DNA of 64,000 nt from Macrostomum hystrix (Eukaryota > Animalia > Platyhelminthes). This document shows positions 1 to 9,700 of this stretch, in pieces; the first letter of the stretch is position 1; each line of letters starts with the position of its first letter. The notes under the pieces were generated by a model that searched no databases, was not told the origin of the DNA, and saw only the letters and a program-made list of their open reading frames with translations. Where the stretch lies: the NCBI GenBank assembly GCA_950097015.1, contig CATNEN010000025.1, positions 7,626,001 to 7,690,000 of the forward strand, given 5' to 3'. A program made the position numbers and the translations under genes.

Positions 1-392
1 TCTGCATCTCTTATCCCACCCTGCATCTCTTATCTGACCTCAAAAAAAGTTGTTCTTTATTCAATAAACTGTTACTCATCGATGTTGAGTAGTTCTGAAA
101 ACACTGGCCAGTATTATTATAATAGCCACAGTCTCTATGCAAGTGTTGCTTCATATCTATTTCCCATTTCTTTGACTCTTATCTATCCATTATAAAAGTG
201 GCGCAGGTACAGTTTGCTGAAGATCGGATGATCCGACCTCAATACACACAGCCACTGGCCCTGGCTTTAGCGGTTATTGATTAAGGCTGCCAAATGGGTC
301 GGGGGGAGAATTTGAGGCGATAAAACTTCGACTCGCATAGATAGAGAAGAACGAGGAGAAGGGGAGTGAAAGAGAAGGGGAGATAAGAAGAA

Positions 393-416
393 AGAGAGAG
401 AGAGAGAGAGAGAGAG
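393..416. repeat. (GA)n microsatellite
   Basis: About 12 AG units. Confidence 0.9.
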
Positions 417-723
417 CGAACGGTACGAAGCAGATGCGCCTAGCCTACTTGGGCAAGAAACCTCTCTCTCTCTGGCATTGCTTTCAGGCAAAAATGGCCG
501 GTTCAATGAATGGGAGTTTCTACTCAATTCTCATATACCATTTTTTAAGTTATGCGAATTTTATTTGTACTTTTGAGATTCTTTTTTTTCTCCCAGTTAT
601 ATTTTTCCCAGGCTCTCACTTATTCAGCCAGCTCAATGTGTTTAACTTCAGTTATTCTAGAATATAACAGCGAAACTATTATTTAAAACCAATAATTTGA
701 CAGCATTTTTATTGAATTCCTAG

Positions 724-768
724 ATTTCTCCGAGCACAACAGCGCAGGAGAATGTGGAATCAATTCGG
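724..768 (+). CDS. RIMBP2: RIM-BP putative exon (ISPSTTAQENVESIR)
   Basis: tag|...|gtgagt boundaries, 45 nt, phase 0-0; joins in frame to ARLRELEKK of the next exon. Confidence 0.55.
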
Positions 769-3700
769 GTGAGTGAATGCTCTGTTGGTGAAGAAATTCA
801 CTCAAAAAATATATTTGATTGATTAAAAGAAGTAAGGGACGATCAGATAAATTATTGATTGATAAAACTATTGAACGATTGACTGATTGACTGCTTATTT
901 GATTGATTGGATGATTGGTTAATTATCTTTATGATTGGTTAAATTGCTAGTTGATAAATCTTCTGATGTTAAATTCCGTTAAATTCTCTTTTCTTTTATT
1001 TTTTTAAAGCATCAAATCTAAAAAATATACATAAAATAACAAATCTTAAACTACTTACAAATGCGAGGAGAAGTAGTTTATTCGAGTTTTTCGTTTCAGA
1101 AAGTATTTAATTATTAATATGATGAATGTTATCCATCTGAGTCTCTGAAACAAAGAAAAATTTTGCGTTAAAACAAAATAAATTAGAAAAATGTTTTGGA
1201 AAATAGAATCGACCGAATGAAACTGGAATCGACCGAATGAAACTGGAATCGACCGAATGAAACTGGAATCGACCGAATGAAACTGGAATCGACCGTAGGG
1301 AACTAGAATCGACAGTAGGAAACTAGAATCGACCGAATGAAACTGGAATCGACCGAATGAAACTGGAATCGACCGAATGGAACTAGAATCGTCCGTAGGA
1401 AACTAGAATCGACCGTAGGGAACTAGAATCGACCGTGGGGAACTAGAATCGTCCGTAGGGAACTAGAATCCACAGTAAGGGAACTAGAATCGTCCGAAGG
1501 GAACTAGAATCGTCTGTTGAGAACTAGAATCGTCCGTAGGAAACTAGAATCGACCGTATGGAACTAGAATCGTCCGTATGAAACTAGAATCGACAGTAGG
1601 AAACTAGAATCGACCGTAGGGAACTAGAATCGACCGTAGGGAACTAGAATCGACCGTAGGGAACTGGAATCAACCGTAGGGAACTAGAATCGACCGTAGG
1701 GAACTAGAATCGACCGTAGGAAACTAGAATCGACCTTAGGGAACTAGAATCGACCGTAGGGAACTGGAATCGACCGTAGGGAACTAGAATCGATCGTAGG
1801 GAACTAGAATCGACCGTAGAGAACTAGAATCGACCGTATGGAACTAGAATCGACCTTAGGGAACTAGAATCGACCGTAGGGAACTGGAATCGACCGTAGG
1901 GAACTGGAATCGATCGTAGGGAACTAGAATCGACCGTAGAGAACTAGAATCAACCGTAGGGAACTAGAATCGACCGTAGGAAACTAGAATCGACCTTAGG
2001 GAACTAGAATCGACCGTAGGGAACTGGAATCGACCGTAGAGAACTAGAATCGACCGTATGGAACTAGAATCGTCCGTAGGAAACTAGAATCGACCGTAGG
2101 AAACTGGAATCGACAGTAGTAAAAAATCTTAGCGATTGACCTAAAGTCGCAAATTAAACTTACCAACTGTCAGGCTCGACTTCGCGAGCTAGAGAAGAAA
2201 CGTGAGCTTGAGTCGTTGCGTCACGAGGAGCTGATGCTGGAGCTCGAAGCGTCCAAGAAGAAGCAAAAGTATGACCAGCTCCGGAATGCGGCATCCGGCG
2301 CTGATATCCTTGGCCAGGACGTCACCGCGTCCGAGTCTCTTCTAGGAGTTGCTAGGGGACTTTCTGATGGCGGCGTTGGCGCGGGTGGCAACGAAGGTGG
2401 CGTTGTGTCTGGCAGGCTGGGTGCTGCGACGGCGGCGACGTTGGCGAATGTAGGCGGCAGTGGTGTGACTGCTCACCACGCTATACCGAATAGTGAGTGC
2501 ACTATCAGTAAGTCAGGAAGGGTTAGAGGAGATAAGGAAGGGTGAGACTACACCAGGAAGAGTGAGACTAGATCACGGAGAGTGAGAAGAAATCAGGCAG
2601 GGTGAGAAGAGATCAGGAAGGGTGAGACTAGACCAGTAAGGTTGAGACTAGACCAGTAAGGGTGAGACTAGACCAGTAAGGGTGAGACTAGACCAGTAAG
2701 GGTGAGACTAGACGAGTAAGGGTGAGACTAGACGAGTAAGGGTGAGACTAGACCAGTAAGGGTGAGACTAGACCAGTAAGGGTGAGACTAGACCAGTAAG
2801 GGTGAGACTAGACCAGTAAGGGTGAGACTAGACGAGTAAGGGTGAGACTAGACGAGTAAGGGTGAGACTAGACCAGTAAGGGTGAGACTAGACCAGTAAG
2901 GGTGAGACTAGACCAGTAAGGGTGAGACTAGACCAGTAAGGGTGAGACTAGACCAGTAAGGTTGAGACTAGACCAGTAAGGGTGAGACTAGACGAGTAAG
3001 GGTGAGACTAGACGAGTAAGGGTGAGACTAGACCAGTAAGGGTGAGACTAGACCAGTAAGGGTGAGACTAGACCAGTAAGGTTGAGACTAGACCAGTAAG
3101 GGTGAGACTAGACCAGTAAGGGTGAGACTAGACCAGTAAGGGTGAGACTAGACCAGGAATCGTGAGAATAGATTACGAAGGGTGAGAGCAGATCGCGAAG
3201 GGTTTGGTAAAGTGCAGGACACGAGATAGCGGGAGCATGATGGTAGTAATAGGTGTTTTAAAGGTTTTCACTACTCATAGTTCCAATCCTGAATAACTAA
3301 TTGAATGCCACTAAACCTAACTCACACTTCCTGACCAATGAAGTGACAGTACCGTTTTTGACAATGTCTCAAAGACAGTCATTTTTTCAAATTAGGCCTG
3401 AATGCTAGAAGTATAACTTTAACTTCCAGGTAGAACTGTTCACCTATCGCAGTCGCAGATTGACACCTTATTCGACATGTTGCTACCCTCGAGTGGTACT
3501 TTAATTTGGAATATATTTCTTTTTTATTTTGGCTAGCTAATATTTATTAAGTTTTCGTTTCTTGCTTATGTCATGGACTTCTAGATCAAGAATCTAGAGA
3601 CTTATTCTATCAAACAATTGTTATCTTTTGTTTAAATATTAGTAATTAGCTTTTTCGTTATTAAAAATATTAAAACTCATCACATGTTTAGCAAAGTTAA

Positions 3701-6700
3701 TGTACGAGCGCAGTTATGCCAGTCATTCTCCAGCTGATGTTTAAAAACTACATATCCTGGGGATTCCAAAAATTACCTAAGTTGCACATTCCCTATAATT
3801 GCACATTCCCTAAATTACATATTCAGTATATTGCACATCACCTAAATTGCACATTCCCTAAATTGCACATTCCCTAAATTGCACATTCCCTAAATTGCAC
3901 ATTCCCTAAATTGTACATTCCCTAAATTGCACATTCCCAAATTACACATTCCCAAATTGCACATTCCCTAAATCGTACATGCCAAAGATGACACATTCCC
4001 TAAATTGTACATTCCCTATAATTGCACATTCCCTAAATTAAACATTCCCTAAATTGCACATTCCCTAAATTGCACATTCCCTAAATTTCACATTCCCTAA
4101 ATTGCACATTCCCTAAATTTCACATTCCGTAAATTTCACATTACCTAAATTGCACATTCCCTAAATTGCACATTCCCAAATTACACATTCCCTAGCTTGC
4201 ACCCCAATCCAGTGATGAAAAGTTTGAGGTAGCTTTGGTCAAAAAAGAGGAATACGCGTAGAGGAATTGTCTCTTCAAATTTTATGCCCAGCAGTCCATG
4301 GACAGTTATGTATTGTTTGCGCAACCAAATTTCCCTCCTCAAGCAATATTTTACCTTTTTTCTCGCACACTCTTATAATTAATTGCATGATGGTGTGAAA
4401 ACTGGCACACTTCGAGAGCCAATCGCAGATTACTTAAAATGCCATAATGCTTGGATTAACAAGTGCACACGAATAATATCCCATCTGTGCAGGGGAATAT
4501 TTTCCGCGCGCACTGATTGGCGGTGGAGACACAGCCCCCCCACATAGTCAGTACACGCCGCAGAAGCAACTGCAGCAGCAGAAGCAGCAGCAGCAGCAGC
4601 AGCAACAACACCAGACGACACAATCCTCGGATTCAAAGTCCAAACTAATGGAATTTCGTCGCGAGCCATCTAGTCAGGGCGACCAGGTGAGATGAAGTGC
4701 TCGAATAATTCTATAAGACGGGTTTCAGGTGGCAAACACCTACAATTTGGGCATAATTTTTCTGCTCGCTTATTTTTCAAATTTAATCGATTAAGATCTT
4801 GACAGCACAGCCGCAGCTATTGCGCGGCGCATCTGAAGGCTGCGTACAGCTGTTCAGTCCATGGACTGGGGGGACGCCACACCCACCTTCAATTATCCCA
4901 GCTAATGCTGGTGCCCATTTAACAGCTGGGTAAATTGAAGTGATGCAGAGTTAAGTGTCTTGCTAAAGGACACAAACTGTTCCAGTGGAGTCGCGAATCG
5001 TAAAATGGTGGAAGATCTTGATTCATATGATGGACTTTCATGAAAATAGGTCATTAGGTTTGGGAGCTATAGTGAAGTAGGCAGTGGGTATTTGCCCCGT
5101 GTTCTTTCCATTAGGGGAAAAATAGTCTTTCTACTGTTAATGAAATTTGTAACAATTTTTTGCATTGTTTGCATTGTTACAGTTTAAAATTGTACATGGA
5201 GAACTGCTGTCTGATGGACGTCACGGATACATACCTTCCAACTATGCGGAACAGACGGGTGAGACCTGAGGGAGAATTTGGACAACAGAAATTTAGAGAG
5301 ACACTCACCTTCTTATCTCTCGTCACGTCTCTCTTCTTATCTCTCTTCTCATCTCTCTTCTCATCTATCTTCTTATCTCTCGTCACGTCTCTCTTCTCAT
5401 CTCTCTTCTCATCTCTCTTCTTATCTCTCTTCTTGTCTCTCTTCTTGTCCCTCTTCTCATCTGTCTTCTCATCTCTCTTCTCATCTCTCTTCTCATCTAT
5501 CTTCTTATCTCTCGTCACGTCTCTCTTCTCATCTGTCTTCTCATCTCTCTTCTCATCTCTCTTCTCATCTATCTTCTTATCTCTCTTCTTGTCTCTCTTC
5601 TTGTCCCTCTTCTCATCTGTCTTCTCATCTCTCTTCTCATCTCTCTTCTCATCTATCTTCTTATCTCTCTTCTCATCTCTCTTCTCATCTCTCTTCTTAT
5701 CTCTCTTCTTGTCTCTCTTCTTGTCCCTCTTCTCATCTGTCTTCTCATCTCTCTTCTCATCTCTCTTCTCATCTATCTTCTTATCTCTCTTCTCATCTCT
5801 CTTCTTATCTCTCTTCTCATCTCTCTTCCTATCTCTCGTCTTATCTCTCTCCTCATCTCTATTTCTATGTCTCCTTATTTTGGCCTGCCTGATTTTCAAG
5901 CAGCATTGATGAGAGCCCGCGTAAAAAAACTGGAACGGAAACCAAACAGCTTCTTATTTTTTTTGTTTTTCATTGTCGAAGATGGCGGGACACGAACATA
6001 ATGTAGCGATAAAATTGTGGCTAACGATACAACCCTCTCAGCTCGAAGCTAATTGCCCAAATCTTTCTCTTGGTCTTATCTGATTGCCGTCCCTATTTGC
6101 CACATCTTCTCCAAAGCCGATTGGGAATTTATCCCCTAATTTATACCCATCATCGACATGTTTATTCTCTCTGTGGGGAAAACACCGCTCTTGCAGCTAC
6201 AGCTCGCTGGGAACCCAGGGACAGATAGAGGGGGGGGAAGAGGGGAAATATAAATAAGGGAAAACTTCAGTCCCAAAATATGCAAAGCTTCAGCTCAAGT
6301 GGAAATTCTCCATCTCCAAGAGTAATTGGACCGGACTTAGCTGATCAGCTGTAAAGTTGATCAGCTGGGACATATGCCCGAGGATTTCTTTTTGAAAAAG
6401 TTTTACAAGAAAAGAACTAAAAAAGAGAAGTTAGAAAAAACTACTTCCCTGAAGTCATTGATTATCACTCAACATTGGCAGAAAATCACACAACAACTGC
6501 AGAAAATCACTCATCAACTGCAGAAAATCACACAACAACTGCAGAAAATCACACATCAACTGCAGAAAATCACACAACAACTGCAGAAAATCACACATCA
6601 ACTGCAGAAAATCACACATCAACTGCAGAAAATCACACATCAACTGCAGAAAATCACTCATTAACTGCAGAAAATCACTCATTAACTGCAGAAAATCACA

Positions 6701-9700
6701 ACTCCCAACTCGAAGCTGCAGCGGCTAGTCCCTCACGACGACCTTCGTTGGCGCTGGACGAAGAACTGGCTCGCGCCGACGTCGCCTCCGACGCAGCCGA
6801 GGCCGGCGTTCCGCCGCCGCCTCCTCGTCAGCTGGCAATCGAGCGCCAGCTAGCCAGCTCGATGCTGATTGGCTGGCAGCCGCCAATCGGCCTTCAACCG
6901 TCAGCCTATCGTGTCTATGTTGACGGCCGATTTCGCTGTTCGGTTCGCGCCGGCGAGAAGACCAAGGCGCTGATCGAGGACGCCGACCCTAGCAGGCGCC
7001 ATCGAGTCTGCGTCCGAGCCATCGCACCTGATGGCGCGTCCGCTTCTAGAGACCTCGCCTGCACCCTCATCACCGGCTCTGGCGCCGAGGGCTGCCTGGC
7101 GCCCACCTACCTGCAGGTCAGCGGCCAGCCAGACTGTATTTGTCTGTAATTGCCTGTATTTGTCTGTTTTGTGAGCATTTGTCTGTATTTATAAATCTCT
7201 TTCTGTATTTGTTAGTATTTTACAGTATTTGTCGTCTGTATTTATCTGTATTTATCTGTATTTGTCTGTTTTTATTTGTATTGACCTGTTCTCAGTCTGT
7301 ATTGACCTGTTCTCAGTCTGTATTGACCTGTTCTCAGTCTGTATTGACCTGTTCTCAGTCTGTATTGACCTGTTCTCAGTCTGTATTGACCTGTATTGAC
7401 CTGTTCTCAGTCTGTATTGACCTGTATTGACCTGTTCTCAGTCTGTATTGACCTGTTCTCCAGGCTGCACCATCTCCGCCCCCAATCAGGTGACCCGGGT
7501 GACCCACTCGTCGGCCCAGCTGCTGTTTGTGCCAGCCTCGTCGGCACTGAGCCACGCCGTGCTGCTGAACAACAAGGAGCACTCGCAGTGCCCGCCAGGC
7601 GTGTACAAACTGCAGCTGGGGGGCCTGGCCTCGGACACACACTATCGCGTCCGCGTCCGGGCCAGATCCGCGGCAGTCAGCAACGCCGCCGCCGCCCTCG
7701 CCCTGCTGTCCGATAGCGCGGAGTTCCGCACCGGGCCTCGCGGCCGTCCCGACCCGCCGTTGGGCGTCGCAGTCGAGCCCGGGCCGCAGGACGGCGCCCT
7801 GCTGCTCACCTGGCTGCCAGTTGGCCGGCGGCGAGCCGAAGTCGCGGCCGGTTTTCCCGCCTCCAACGGCTGTCGAATCACCGGCTACGCAGTCTACGCC
7901 GACTCCAGGCACCGCGTCACCGAGTGCCTGGACGCCAGCTCGGATCACTGCCTGCTGACTGGCAGCTCGCTGCCGCCCGGCTGCGCCCAGCTCACAGTCC
8001 GGACAGTCGGCCTGGCTCCGGACAGCTCCGGCCGCACTGTCGAGAGCGCTGACTCGGAGCCGCCCTGCCAGCTGGTGAGTGACCATTTTCGATTTTGAAT
8101 GAGTGGCCATTGTACATTATGCAAATTGCATGACCAAATGACTGACCATGACCATGACCATGACCATGACCAAATGACTGACCATGACCATGACCATGAC
8201 CATGACCACGACCAAATGACTGACCATGACCACGACCAAATGACTGACCATGACCATGACCAAATGACTGACCATGACCATGACCATGACCATGACCACG
8301 ACCAAATGACTGACCATGACCACGACCAAATGACTGACCATGACCATGACCAAATGACTGACCATAACCATAACCATGACCATGACCAAATGACTGACCA
8401 TAACCATGACCATGACCAAGGCCAAAGGACAGGGGGTCGGTGGCAGAGCGGTCATCGCGTTTGCCTCTCGCACCAAGGTCCATTAGTTCGATTCCACGGC
8501 GAGGCCACATTTATTTGGGGCGCAGCCGCGGAGTGAAGGCTTGGGGGCTTGTCGTGCAATTTACGCCTTTGAGGGCCAACCTCCAACTCCAAGGCACTGT
8601 GAAATGTACACTGCCTGACGATGAGAAAGTCAGGGCAGATGTACACACCTGTGTGAGCGTATGCCTGCGTACAGTATCTGTGTGCGTGTGTGCTCAGGAG
8701 TCAGCGAAATGGGCAGAATTGCCTCCTCGCTGGCTGCGGGTCTAGTGTCACCAAATGATGTGCCACTTGCCCGCAGCCCTCCTGCAATTACGAGCTATTA
8801 TTATTATTAAGGCCAAATGACGGTGGCTGCGCCGTTTATTCGAGCTCAGGAACCTTCGTGCTTGCTCTTTTCATTTGTTTAGTTACATATTTTAGGCTTT
8901 ATTGACAGAATTTTTTTTGACAAGAAGTAATTGCTAATATTTTCTTTACTTTTCTACGTAGTTCAATTTTTCAAGTGGGAATTCCTTTCTATGGCCTACC
9001 AGAAATCACCGAAAAATACTGAAGCTTTACCGTTAAAGAGGCGGTCCTTATATCCACGACCTTCTTTAGCAATGAAACTGTAATTGCTAAAGAAGCGTGC
9101 GCTCATTACACTACTCAACGAGAGGCATGAGTAGCATCTACTGAATTTGCATTAAAATATCGTCCACCATAGTCGGCCCAATTTCGAAGCTCACCGCTGG
9201 TCGGCGCTTTTGGCGGCCGTCGACGCCACCGAGCGGCGGCTTCGCCAGCGACGCCTTCGCCGTCGACAACGACAACAACACTGACTCTGCCAGCTGCTGT
9301 TGTCGTTTCCCATCGTCTGCCGACAGCGCCACGACGTTGTTCGCACCAGCGTGTCGTGCTCGGAAACAACGGCGCCGGCGTTGGCAGCCCCAGGAGGCCT
9401 CCCAATGTGATCCCCTCCAAGTCAAGGGTATAAAAAATGTTTTTCACATTAGTCGTTAATCGATAATCGTCAATCGATTATAAATAGGCTTCGGCAAAGT
9501 GTTGGGAGTTAAAGGTTCTTTAAGTGGTTTTTAGAGAAAAATAAATCCCTGAGAAGTTTTTGAGTAGAGGGAAATCCTGAAGTTCTGGAAATCTCATTGC
9601 AACGGGAATCCCAGAAAGAGGGAAATTCCAGATAGAATGTCCCTGAGAGAAAAGAATCCATGAGAGAGGGAATTCCTCATCGAGGGGAATCCCTAATAGA

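Noticed and set aside
191-667. TATAAAAG at 191 and ORF 434-667 as the RIM-BP promoter and first exon
   Set aside because: No convincing in-phase donor or homology; the gene start cannot be assigned from this window.
5160-5909. Hydrophobic LFSS-repeat ORF and charged RDEK-repeat ORF
   Set aside because: Both strands of a 12-bp intronic CT-rich minisatellite.
7992-8536. His/Gly-rich and DHD-repeat ORFs resembling metal-binding proteins
   Set aside because: Translations of the intronic (CATGAC)n repeat.
8612-8636. CTGACGATGAGAAAGTCAG within the SINE as a hammerhead core
   Set aside because: There is no stem II between CUGANGA and GAAA; it is a simple hairpin.
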